The position numbers were made by a program, and so were the translations under genes. DNA of 64,000 nucleotides from Squalus acanthias (taxonomy: Eukaryota), in assembly GCA_030390025.1 (NCBI GenBank), contig JASTWF010000338.1, positions 1 through 64,000 on the forward strand. Reading direction: 5' to 3'. Below the pieces are notes generated by a model that did not search any database, was not told where the DNA came from, and was given only the letters and a program-made list of their open reading frames with translations. Each line of letters opens with the position of its first letter. The stretch's first letter is position 1. Positions 1 through 10,906 of this stretch are shown here, piece after piece.

Positions 1-507
1 TACACTAGATCCTGTCTCTGTGTATATTATTCTAGACCCTGTCTCTGTTTATATTACACTAGACCATGTCTCTGTTCTATATTATTCAGACCCTGTCTCT
101 GTTTATATTACACATGACCGTGTCTCTGTTTATATTACACTAGACCCTGTCTCAATTTATATTACACTAGACACTGTCTCTGTTTGTATAACACTAGACC
201 GTGTCTCTGTTTATATTACACGAGGCCCTGTCTCTGTTTATATTACACAAGACCCTGTCTCTGTTTATATTACACAAGACCCTGTCTCTGTTTATATTAC
301 ACTAGACCCTGTCTCTGTTTATATTACACTAGACCCTGTCTCTGTTTATATTACACTAGACCCTGTCTCTGTTTATATTACACTAGGCCCTGTCTCTGTT
401 TATATTACACTGGACCCTGTCTCTGTTTATATTACACTAGACCCTGTCACTGTTTATATTACACTAGACCCTGCCTCTGTTTATATTACACTAGTCCCTG
501 TCTCTGT
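1..507. repeat. 27-bp minisatellite (tagaccctgtctctgtttatattacac)n, truncated by window start
   Basis: Direct tandem periodicity; the 9-aa repeat ORFs are a by-product. Confidence 0.95.
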
Positions 508-921
508 TCGATAGCTGGACTTTCATGTAAATAAAGATACATATTTGCTTTGGTGGGAGGATGCAATCATCTTTTGCTTTGAAGCATCGGTCTAGTCTTG
601 TTAATAACTGTCAGAAGCTGTGTGCAATGTTTAATTGACGTGGGATTATGTGGGTAATATCTGTGTTGAAAGGACGGGGTGAACCTTGTAACAATCCCCC
701 AGAGATGAGCTGGGATTGAGGGACAGGACTAAAGGTGAGCAATAGTGCTCTGCAATTTGTACTAATTAGTGACAGTCTCTGTGTGTTAAAGTTTACTAAT
801 TCACACTAGTGTTGTGCTGTGCCGATTGCTCCCAGTTTGTGAATGTTCAGGATTGTTTTTGCTGCAGTATTTTCTATTGAGCTTTGGCGGACCCACTGAT
901 TGGGTGAGACAGAGCCTGGAA

Positions 922-1680
922 CCAGAGGGCTGTGAATGTTCAGTCTTTGAGTGTATTCAAGGCTGAGATAGATAGATTTTTGGACTTGAGGGGAATCAAG
1001 GGATATGGAGATCGGGTGGGAAAGTGGAGTTGAGGTCGATGATCAGCCATGATCTTATTGAATTGCGGAGCAGGCTCGAGGGGCTGTATGGCCTGCTCCT
1101 GCTCTTATTTCTTATGTTCTTATGACCTCAATTGGAGTATTGTGTCCAATTCTGGGCACCACACTTTAGGAAGGATATGAAGGCCTTCAAGATGGTGAGG
1201 AAAAGATTTTTTCCAGAAAAAATGGTTCCAGGAACGAGGGACTTCAGTTATGTGGATAGACTAGAGAAGCTGGGGTTGTTCTCCTTGGAGCAGAAAAGGT
1301 TGAGAGTTGATTTGCTGGAGGTGTTCAACATCATCAGGGGTCCAGACAGAGTAGATAGAGAGAAACTGTTCCCATTGGTGGAAGGGTTGAGACCAGAGGA
1401 CACAGATTTAAGGTGATTGGCAGACGAACCAAAGGTGACATGAGGAAAAACTTTTTTATGCAGCGAATGGTTCGGATCTGGAATTCACTGCCTGAAAGGG
1501 TGGTGGAGGCAGATTCAACTGTGGCTTTCAAAAGGGAATTGGATAAGTACCTGAAGGAAAAATGTTGGCAGGGCTATGAGGAAAGGGCGGGGGGAGTGGG
1601 ACTAGCTGAAGTGCTCTTGCAGAGAGCCGGCACGGGCTCGATGGGCCTCCTGCTGTGCTCTAACGAGTCTATGATTCTAG
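922..1680 (+). mobile_element. Two adjacent CR1/HER1 LINE 3' fragments
   Basis: LEYCVQFWAPH... RT C-terminus; 3' tail ggagcaggctcgagggg...cttatgttcttatg. Confidence 0.85.
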
Positions 1681-1689
1681 AGCCTCATC

Positions 1690-3069
1690 ATCAGCCGACT
1701 CAGTGAGTGTCAGCAGTGACAGCAGTCCAATCCTGCCCTCAATCCTGGCAATAGATTGGGAGAAGGGGAAGTGCAACGAGACCTTGGAGTCCTTGTGCAC
1801 CAGTCGCTGAAGGTAAGCATGCAGGTGCAGCAGGCGGTGAAGAAGGCAAATGGTATGTTGGCCTTCATAGCGAAAGGGTTTGAGTATAGGAACAGGGATG
1901 TCCTGCTGCAGTTGTACAGGGCATTGGTGAGACCACACCTTGAGTACTGTGTGCAGTTTTGGTCGCCTTATCTGAGGAAGGATGTTCTTGCCATGGAAGG
2001 AGTTCAGCGAAGATTCACAAGGCTGATACCTGGGATGGCAGGAATGACATATGAGGAGAGATTGGGTCGATTGAGCTTATACTCGCTGGAGTATAGAAGA
2101 ATGAGAGGGGATCTCATCGAAACATATAAAATTCTGACAGGTCTGGACAAACTAGATGCAGGAAGAATGTTCCCGATGGTCGGAGAGTCCAGAACCAGGG
2201 GTCACAGTCTAAAGATAAGGGGTAAGCCATTTCGGACAGAAATGAGGAAGAATTTCTTCACCCAGAGAGTGGTGAACCTGTGGAATTCTCTACCACAGAA
2301 GGTAGTTGAGGCCAAGTCATTAAATATATTCAAGAAGGAGTTAGATATATTTCTTAAAGCGAAAGGGATCAAGGGATATGGGGAGAAGGCAGGTACAGGG
2401 TACTGAGTTTGGATGATCAGCCATGATCTCATTGAATGGCGGAGCAGGCTCGAGGGGCTGAATGGCCTACTCCTATCTTCTATGTTTCAATTGACATCCA
2501 TACACTTCCCAGTTGATGTCACTGGATCTCCATCAAGAGCAGGGGCAGTGGCTGATTCTTACTCTTAGTTAGCCTAGTGGTACTGAGGATAATTATAGCC
2601 CCTGAACTGCTGCCTTGTCAGAGATCAACTAACAGCCCAGATCAAGGATTGAACTTGGTACCTTCCTAGTCAGTAGCTCAGAGTGTTTTAAAGTGGAAGG
2701 GGGAGGGGGAGACCAGAATATTTAGAAAGAAATATCACTCCACCTTTAAACGAAACCTTCGTCACACTGCAAAACTCTGAAGTCTTTCCAAATTAAACAA
2801 GCAAGTCAAATGGATCGTCAAAAACAGTGAGACATTTTAGAAAGGCTCAAGTCACTGAAACAGACAGGTTTACAATCACTGCACAGTACAGAAGGGAGCG
2901 ACTGTTAATGGGAGCTCTGTTAGTGAAGTCCGCCGACACTCCAAGATAAACGGGTCTGTCCCTTTAACTATAAATAGACAGAGAAAGGGGAGTCCCTGTC
3001 CCTTTAAATATCTGGCCCATTCCCCCAGGCAGTGGGAGGAGGAACAGCGCGCGGTCTCTTTATATCCTG
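1690..3069. repeat. Segmental duplication unit, paralog of ~19654-20378
   Basis: Near-identical blocks, e.g. 2750-3069 vs 20050-20368. Confidence 0.9.
1744..2486 (+). mobile_element. 5'-truncated CR1 LINE with 5-bp TSD (tcaat)
   Basis: ORF 1756-2406 is a CR1 ORF2 C-terminus; paralogous empty site ccctcaattgac at ~19722. Confidence 0.9.
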
Positions 3070-3100
3070 TGAAGTCGCACAACACCAGGTTATAGTCCAA

Positions 3101-3874
3101 GGGCTAAAAATTCAGTATTGCCCCATTTGGGGTGCGAACCTCGCCGGGGCGCTACGTTTAGCGCCCCGAAAAAAATTAGCGCCCCCGCGCCGGAACTTCA
3201 GTGGTTGCGCCCCAAGAGGGAAGCGGGGTGCTACTGGAAGCACCCCGCATCCCTCTTGGGGCGCTGCGAGGGAATATCCTGGCGCTACGTGCCGCAGCGC
3301 CAGGCGCTGCGGCACATCGCACCGCGGTACTGCAGGCCTTCCTCCCCTTCTTAAAGGGGAGGGGCCCTGCGCAGCGCGAACCGGGGCCCAGCTGGGCCCC
3401 CAGGGATCGGGAGTGCCGGCAAAAGAGCCCGGCACTCAAGAGAAGTGCCGGGCTCTTGGGGCGCAGCCGACACTTCACGGTGGGGGGGCTTCACGGGGGC
3501 CGGGGACAGCAACGGGGGCAGGTGCTGGCAGGCGGCCAGCAACAAAAATGGCCGCCTGCCACCTCCCCTTTAAATATCGCCGCCCCGGCCGCACGTACGC
3601 CCCCCTGAACCCGTCGCACATAGCGTCTGGCGGTAAATCAGGGGGCGCGTCTAAAGATCGCGGCTGGAGCGCGAGCGGGGTGCTGCGCACGGCGATGACG
3701 TCATTGCCGGCAGCGCAGCGGCGTGGGGCGCTACCGGCTGGCGCCGCCGCTAACCTCCCGCTGAATTTTGCGGGAGTCGTGGGTGGCGCTGCGCCCGGGC
3801 GTTAGCTGCTTTGCGCCCCATTAGCGCCCTCTTAAGGCGCTAACGGGAGGCGCAAGCAGCCGAATTTTTAGCCC
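3101..3874. mobile_element. GC-rich non-autonomous DNA transposon (MITE), PIF/Harbinger-like
   Basis: TIR gggctaaaaattc (3101) / gaatttttagccc (3862-3874); 3-bp TSD caa; interrupts the Penelope arm. Confidence 0.8.
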
Positions 3875-3892
3875 CAACAGTTTTATTTGAAA

Positions 3893-3929
3893 TCACAAGC
3901 TTTCGGAGCGCTGCTCCTTCATCAGGTGA
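3893..3929 (-). ncRNA. Minimal type I hammerhead ribozyme (Penelope pLTR)
   Basis: ucac-CUGAUGA-a-GGAGC agc GCUCC-GAAA-GCUU-guga. Confidence 0.8.
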
Positions 3930-4069
3930 AGTAAAGGAATACGAATCGACAAAGCATATATAGATAGAGAACAATGCATGTGTAACGTACAATGGCAGAC
4001 GACTACATTTAATCCTCCTGACTGCCTTTTGTCACACCTCGGCAGAGAAACAATCAGGTCAGCCAGGAA

Positions 4070-4497
4070 AAACATAGAATCTAGGAGCAGGAGTAGGCCA
4101 TTCGGCCCGTCGAGCCTGCTCCACCATTCAATACAATCATGGCTGATCATCCAAATCCAGTACCCTGTCCCTGCTTTAATCCCCACAGTACACATATCCC
4201 ACCCTACCCCCGTAACCCCACGTATTTAATTCCCCCTAACATATCCCATCCTATCCCCATAACCCCACATATTTAATCCCCCCTAACACGAAGGGTCAAT
4301 TTATCATAGCCAAATCAACCTAACCCACACATTTTTGGACTGTGGGAGGAAACCGGAGCACCCGGAGGAAACCCACGCAGACACGGGGAGAATGTGCAAA
4401 CTCCACACAGACAGTCACCCGAGGTCAGATTCGAACCCGGGTCTCTGGCGCTGTGAGGCACCAGTGCTAACCACTATGCCACCGTGTTGCCCACGGA
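4070..4497 (-). mobile_element. tRNA-derived SINE (HE1/V-SINE-like) with CR1-derived 3' tail
   Basis: Pol III A box tggcatagtgg and B box ggttcgaatc; core ggttttcctccgggtgctccggtttcctccc; CR1-like tail; TSD aggaa. Confidence 0.85.
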
Positions 4498-5016
4498 AGG
4501 AAGGCACCACATCAAAGACATAGCAAGATACAACTGAGACAATGAGGTGGGGTCACAGGGGGTCTAATGTGTCAAATGCTGCAGTCTGGATGGAAAACCA
4601 TAAACTTTAAAATTTTTACTTTTTTTTACTGGAAATCAGTAATTTCCGTAAGGAAATTCAGCCGGGATCTTGGGTTCATGTCACGATACATGACGTAGAA
4701 TCATCCAGACTCAAGTCGTCATTGGCTTCTTCACAGATGTGATTTCCAGTAAAAAAAAAGTAAAAATTTTAAAGTTTATGGTTTTCCATCCAGACTGCAG
4801 CATTTGACACATTAGACCCCCTGTGACCCCACCTCATTGTCTCAGTTGTATTTTGCTATGTCTTTGATGTGGTGCCTTCCTGGCTGACCTGATTGTTTAT
4901 CTGCCGAGGTGTGACAAAAGGCAGTCAGGAGGATTAAATGTAGTCGTCTGCCATTGTACGCTACACATGCATTGTTCTCTATCTATATATGCTTTGTCGA
5001 TTCGTATTCCTTTACT

Positions 5017-5054
5017 TCACCTGACGAAGGAGCAGCAGCTCCGAAAGCTTGTGA
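5017..5054 (+). ncRNA. Minimal type I hammerhead ribozyme (Penelope pLTR)
   Basis: ucac-CUGACGA-a-GGAGC agca GCUCC-GAAA-GCUU-guga. Confidence 0.8.
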
Positions 5055-6580
5055 TTTCAAATAAAACTGTTGGACTATAACCTGGTGTTGTGCGACTTCT
5101 CACTTTTGTCAACCCCAGTCCAACACCGGCATCTCCACATCTTTATATCCTGATCCAGCGGGCCCCGCCGGATGGGCTGCCGCAGGGTCCTAAAGGCCAC
5201 AGAATGTTAATTCTACAGGTTGAAAGAGCAACTGAAAAGAGCTCACACAAAGTGTTTGTTGTATGTGTGAGTGTGTAAACAAAACTCATCATTCTTAATG
5301 TTTGCTAGTGCATTCCACAGAGATAAGTTATTATCTTCACCAATTATTTTTCAGCATTTTATTCCCTTTATTCACAGTGTAACTTCAGAGCGTTGAATCC
5401 CTTTAACATTTATTGAGAACCCATTGTCTTGTGGGCTCTTGTTTAGAAAGTGATGTCACACTGACCATTCCGTTCCCAAGGTGATCCTGTCTGTCCACAG
5501 TATTCAGTGGGAAAGGGGATTAAATCACACCGAGGATAATGAGCAGCCACCCACCAGTCTCTGCACTTTATTGTCCAGTGATCACCTCACCATCACACAG
5601 AAGCTCCTGATATAAACCTCCAGTGGGTGATGATTAGTGCAGGGTCAGTAGTGGAGTTCCGCAGCGGGAGTGATCCTGGAGTAACCCCGTGGATGTTCCA
5701 GGTCGTGTATTTTTAGTTATCCTGGTGTCTAACACGCACACATCAATAAAACAGGGAATTCCTGGAAACACGCTGCAGGTCCTTCTTTATCTGGAGATCA
5801 AATGTCTGTTGTATAATTGTACCAGCAGTTAACAGGCTCCTGTGAACTCCTCCCTCTGCTATTTTAATGCAGACTTCAACCAATTTATTTTAAACGGGTT
5901 TATTTTAAATGAGCTAACACCTGCCTTAAAATGGTAGACTCAGGACTGTCTCACACACACATATTAAATCTTCGTGGAATAAATACCAGTCATTTTTAGA
6001 CTGGAAACTTAACCCTGCCGTTTCACTTTCAGTCAGGAACAGATCGCAGTTTGACACCAATCTCTGATTTGACAACACGTTTCCAGCATTCCCCGTTGTT
6101 CTTCCTGACTCTAAACACAGTTGTAAAGGAGCCTTCTGTTCCGTGCCCAGGAGCTCTGACCCATGGAAGAGAGTGGCTGGGACACATTCCTTACAGGCCT
6201 CAAGATTAACCTGCACGGGGACATTGCTGTCAGTAAAGAGAGGTGAGACAGACCAAAGTGCCGTTTGCCCCTCTCAGTGTGGCCCTGAAGGACTGTGTCC
6301 AGGCTGTAGTTCTGTTCCCGCCGTACGATCCTCCCCCCAGATTGTCCTTTCTGAGCTCCAGCCAGGTGATGCTAAACACTCAGGTGGGAACGACAAAAAT
6401 CCACAACAATGTGTTTAAAGCTAAGCTGATTTATTTGACATATATCCAGAATATTAAACTCCAGCCCAGTTACAGGGGTTATTAACATCAGCAGAAACAA
6501 ACCCCACCTGTCAGAATGAACACGATTCAGTCCGGGATGTAATTAACAGCAGAAATAACATCAGAATCCAACTCCTGCTG

Positions 6581-7777
6581 TCACTTGTGAGATCGCTGGT
6601 GTGTCAGCAGGTGGGAAGCCTGAGTGAAGCCCTTCCCACACTCAGAGCAGAGGAACGGTCTCTCTCCGGTGTGAACTCGCTGGTGTCTCAGCAGGTGGGA
6701 TGAACAAGTGAATCCCTTCCCACACTCGGAGCAGGTGAACGGCCTCTCCCCGGTGTGAACTCGCTGGTGTTTCAGCAGATCCTTTATGCTTTTAAATTTC
6801 TTCTCACAGTCAGGACATTTAAAAGGTCTATCAGTGTGAACTCGCTGGTGTGTCAGCAGGTTTGATGACTGAGTGAATCCCTTCCCACACTCAGAGCAGG
6901 TGAAATGCCTCTCCCCAGTGTGAACTCGCTGGTGTCTCAGCAGATCCTTTTTGCTTTTAAATTTCTTCTCACAGTCAGAACATTTAAAAGGTCTATTAGT
7001 GTGAACTCGCTGGTGTGTCAGCAGGTTTGATGTCTGAGTGAATCCCTTCCCACACACGGAGCAGGTGAACGGCCTCTCCCCAGTGTGAACTCGCTGGTGT
7101 GTGAGCAGGTTGGATAAACACCTGAATCTCTTCCCACACTCAGAGCAGGAGAACGGTCTCTCCCCAGTGTGAACTCGCTGGTGTTTCAGAAGGTCGGATG
7201 AACACGTGAATCCCTTCCCACACTCAGAGCAGGTGAACGGCCTCTCCCCAGTGTGAACTCGCTGATGTGTCAGCAGGTGCTGTTTGCTTTTAAATCTCTT
7301 CTCACAGTCAGAACATTTAAAAGGTCTATCATCAGTGTGAACTCGCTGGTGTGTCAGCAGGTTGGATGACTGAGTGAATCCCTTCCCACACTCAGAGCAG
7401 GTGAATGGTCTCTCTCCAGTGTGAACTCGCTGGTGTTTCAGCAGGTGGGATGACTGAGTGAATCCCTTCCCACACTCGGAGCAGGTGAATGGCCTCTCCC
7501 CAGTGTGAACTCGCTGGTGTGTCAGCAGGTGATGTTTGCTTTTAAATCTCTTCTCACAGTCAGAACATTTAAAAGGTCTATCAGTATGAACTCGCTGGTG
7601 TGTCAGCAGGTGGGATGACTGAGTGAAACTCTTCCCACACTCGGAGCAGGTGAATGGCCTCTTCCTGGTGTGACTGCGCTTGTGTCTTGACAGGCCAGAG
7701 GATCGGCTGAAGCCTCGTCCACACACAGAACACATGTACGGTTTCTCCCCGCTCTGAATGGTGCTTTCTGCTTCCAT
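6581..7777 (-). CDS. C2H2 zinc-finger protein, 14 tandem fingers, no KRAB/SCAN (ZNF unit A, intact, ~398 aa)
   Basis: 14 CxxC-x12-HxxxH repeats with TGERPF linkers; splice acceptor ttttgcAG at 7872-7873; first in-exon ATG (MEAES) at 7777. Confidence 0.9.
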   Translation of the reverse strand: MEAESTIQSGEKPYMCSVCGRGFSRSSGLSRHKRSHTRKRPFTCSECGKSFTQSSHLLTHQRVHTDRPFKCSDCEKRFKSKHHLLTHQRVHTGERPFTCSECGKGFTQSSHLLKHQRVHTGERPFTCSECGKGFTQSSNLLTHQRVHTDDRPFKCSDCEKRFKSKQHLLTHQRVHTGERPFTCSECGKGFTCSSDLLKHQRVHTGERPFSCSECGKRFRCLSNLLTHQRVHTGERPFTCSVCGKGFTQTSNLLTHQRVHTNRPFKCSDCEKKFKSKKDLLRHQRVHTGERHFTCSECGKGFTQSSNLLTHQRVHTDRPFKCPDCEKKFKSIKDLLKHQRVHTGERPFTCSECGKGFTCSSHLLRHQRVHTGERPFLCSECGKGFTQASHLLTHQRSHK

Positions 7778-7959
7778 ACTCAAAGGTCCTGATGAATCGA
7801 GCGACTCTGTCAGATCCTGAAGTGATGTTTGGTTTGAGTTTCCCGTCTGCAAAACCTCCCCTTCGAACACCCTGCAAAATAAATTTACAACAGGAAAAAG
7901 GGAGGGTGAGAGAGAACCCACAAAAACACAAAGGCAGGTTGTGAAATTGAGCTGAATTA

Positions 7960-8315
7960 ATCTGGGAATTTGTGGGACCGGCACTAGAAAAAAGTGACCA
8001 TGAAAGCTGCCAGATTGTCGTAAAAACCCAACTGGTTCACTAATGTCCTTCAGGGAAGGGAACACGCCACCCAGTCTGGGCCTACACAAGACTCTGGTCT
8101 CTATGGGAGGAGAGAGAGCGAGGTGGGAGGGGGAGGGGTGAAGGAGAGCGACTTTATACATCTGCAACTCGACTAGAACTTTGACAGCACCTCCCAAACA
8201 CGCGACCTCCACCACCTAGAAGGACAAGGGCAGCAGGTGCATGGGAACACCATCACCTCCCAGTTCTCCTCCAAGTCACACACTATCCTGACTTGGACAT
8301 ATATCACCGTTCCTA
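7960..8315 (+). mobile_element. SINE/LINE fragments in ZNF-A intron
   Basis: Recognisable interspersed-repeat sequence (aaaacccaactggttcactaatgtcc; cacctcccaaac...gggaacaccatcacc); family not assigned with certainty. Confidence 0.5.
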
Positions 8316-8359
8316 CTCGGTGTTGCCCCAGGCCCGGCGGCTCTGACTCGGTGTTGCTG

Positions 8360-8467
8360 AGGGTTCCAACCCTGGGACTGTACATGGGGATTCCAACCCT
8401 GGGACTGTACATGGGGATTCTAACCCTGGGACTGTACATGGGGATCCTAACCCTGGGACTGTACAGG
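8360..8467. repeat. 27-bp minisatellite (aaccctgggactgtacatggggattcc), ~4 copies
   Basis: Direct periodicity. Confidence 0.9.
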
Positions 8468-8639
8468 GGGGCCCAGCTCTGGGGCTCTTCTGTTACAATT
8501 GTGTGGGATGTTAACCGTATGCTCTGCTTTTACCAGCATCTTCAGGGGAGATGGTGAGAAATCCGAAGTGTGGAGAGTCTGAATCAAATAACTGAGTCAA
8601 TTATTAAAATTCCCGGGCACTCGGACCCGGTTGGGAACA

Positions 8640-9050
8640 GACACTGAAGCCCCGCCCACTCTTTGTTCCTGCCCAAGTAGGTCGCGCATGCGCTTTGCTA
8701 CTCACTGAATCAAGATGGCGGCCGTTATCCTGGGCTTGTGACCGGGAGAAGCCCCGAAGCTGCAAACGCGGGACCTTCAGGTTATTATTCGGGGCTTCCG
8801 GCCTACACTAGTTGTTTATGAAGCCGCCCCGCCCACCTGCCGGTCCATTACTCCGCTCCGTCGGGCCGCATCTCACTAATTAACCAGAGCTGATCCGCAG
8901 TGTCCATCTCGCTAATTCCACGCACCGCGCATGCTCCAAACTAGGCAGTCCCGCGCCTGCGCACTGGGCTCCTGTAGTCTGGGTGCGGCACATTCTCCCC
9001 GCGGGGAATGCTGGGGAAAAGCCCCGCCATTGAAAGGCCCCATTAGTGAT
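8640..9050 (-). promoter_or_regulatory. CpG promoter / non-coding exon 1 of ZNF-A
   Basis: YY1-type aagatggcggc (~8713); NRF1-type gcgcatgcgc and gcgcctgcgca; ZNF143-like gaatgctgggga; minus-strand donor cag|gtgggc ~8836; homologous to 19010-19450 and 40630-41090. Confidence 0.7.
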
Positions 9051-9189
9051 TGGAACCGCATTTACTAGAATGCATTGAGCACTGAACCATGTTCATTCTA
9101 GCAGTTAGAGTGTGTTTCTGCTGATCTTAATAACCCCTATACCTGGGCTGGAGATTAATATTCTGTACAAATATTGAATACATCAGCTT

Positions 9190-10450
9190 TGTTTCAAACT
9201 GACAGTCGGTCGAATAGTTGATCAGAGGAGACGAATTGATATTTTTCTATTTTTGGGCACATTCTTACTCTAACTTATATCACTTCTCACCTCGTTCATC
9301 CTCTACCACATCAAATCCCAAGCTTGTTCCGTTTGAGTACATGGCTTGTGGGTGTCAGAGACTGAACTGCAGTGTCTCACTGTACACTCATCTGACTCAC
9401 TCGGTGCGGAGGGGAGCAGGCAGATCGGAGGACCTCTTCGTAGGACTGCTCCTGGGCCTGGCCAAAAAAGCCATCAACTGGTCCAGGCAGCGAGCGGTCG
9501 AGGGGGTCATTCGGCCCAATTGCCTGCCTCTCTTCCGCGGCCATGTTCGCGCCCGGGTGGCCCTGGAGATGGAGCACGCGGTGTCGGCCGGCACCCTTGA
9601 GGCCTTCCGCGACCGGTGGGCGCCGCGGGGACTGGAGTGCATCATCACCCCGGCCAACCAAATTTTAATTTAATTTGTTCAGGTTCCTTTAAAGTTTTAT
9701 TAATTTACAGTCAATTTTGTTTAATCACCCCAATAAAAGAGTACACGCATCTGACTCACTTGGTGCGGAGGGGAGCAGGCAGATTGGAGGACCTCCTCAT
9801 AGGACTGCTCCTGGGCCTGGCCAAAAAGGCCATTAACTGGTCCAGGCAGCAGGCGGTCGAGGGGGTTGTTCGGACACATTTGTGCCCGGGTGGCCCTGGA
9901 GATGGAGCACGCGGTGTCCGCGACTGGTGGGCACCGCAGGGACTAAAGTGCATCATCACCCCCGGCAACCAAATTTTAATTTAATTTATTAAGTTTAATT
10001 TCATGTATTTTTGTTAAGTTACAGTTTATTTGTTTATGGGTTGCTTAAAAAGAGTACACTCATCTGAAATTCCTTTGAACCACCCTTTATAGAACTATCT
10101 TGTATAAGATTTGCAATCCGTTATTTTCTGTATCATTTAACCCTTTTTGGATCCGATTTAGTAAAAACTCCTTCACACATACTGCATGTGATCGCCTTTG
10201 AAATGTTCTGATCTTTGTAATTGTCATTGCTGATTTTGATGGTCTCTTTGATTCAATCTCTTGTTATTAACATACCTTGCACTATTTCTTAATTGAGATA
10301 ATTTTTTCTAATACTTCCTTTATCAGGTCTTTAGCTCCTCCATTGAACCCTGTCAATAATCCTTCATTTGGGTTTAGGGGCTGGGGTTCAGGTTAGGATG
10401 TTAGGCTTATGAGATAGTGATTAGGGATAGAAACCACTATTGACAACGCC
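9190..10450 (-). pseudogene. Degenerate env-like glycoprotein remnant (retroelement/ERV), split by Tx1 fragments
   Basis: Frameshifted translation ...NISKAITCSMC.KEFLLNRIQKGLND...KGWFKGISDEC matches 16666-16880 (...GLTRGIVCSLCVTFVMNVVQKGLDN...KWFKG). Confidence 0.45.
9396..10053 (+). mobile_element. Two tandem Tx1 3' fragments separated and flanked by the 14-bp repeat gtacac(t/g)catctga
   Basis: Both encode the Tx1 ORF2 C-terminus seen at 33571-33850; repeats at 9382, 9741, 10054. Confidence 0.9.
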
Positions 10451-10906
10451 AGTGTCACTAGACATGTTCTCTTTCATTTCATGGTGTTTTAACCTCACGC
10501 AGATGAGTCAGAAAACAGCCTCATGAATTGTTCATTCAAGGAACCTTCTTTCTGGCCCGAGCCTGATTTCCTCTCTTCTTTCACAACTCTACATTTGACA
10601 CAGAAAAAGACATCAGGGTCATTAGACTTTGGGACAAGAACAGGCGGATCCAGGTGTTGTGCTGCTTACATCCAATCTTTGGCCTGCCTGAAAAGGGCTT
10701 CTGACAATAACCTGTCACCAGGCCCCACCAGTCGCCATCTGATTCCACCATCACATCTTCAACCATTACCTGCCCTCACTAGAGATAGTTTCACCACCAT
10801 GACCAGTCCCCATACAGAGGCTCTCTGATTCCCATTTATAGACTCAGTGTAAATGATCCCTGGATTCGGTATCGCAGTGTAAGTGGTCCCTGGATTTGGG
10901 AGTAAA

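Larger units (their letters stand above)
3070..5140. mobile_element. 5'-truncated Penelope-like element with inverted pLTR (palindromic), 12-13 bp TSD ctttatatcctg
   Basis: Left arm (3071-3100, 3878-4069, 4503-4638) is the reverse complement of 4740-5099; centre encodes a PLE ORF end (RDLGFMSRYMT*); TSD 3058-3069 / 5141-5152; hammerhead in each arm. Confidence 0.85.

Noticed and set aside
20..534. 164-aa and 116-aa repetitive ORFs
   Set aside because: Translation of a stop-free 27-bp minisatellite
3032..3805. 257-aa and overlapping ORFs
   Set aside because: GC-rich MITE interior; no domain and no transposase motifs
4420..4492. tRNA gene
   Set aside because: It is the tRNA-derived head of a SINE, continuous with SINE core and tail
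7872..8215. N-terminal extension of the 544-aa ZNF ORF
   Set aside because: Lies upstream of a conserved splice acceptor and runs through repeat fragments; intronic
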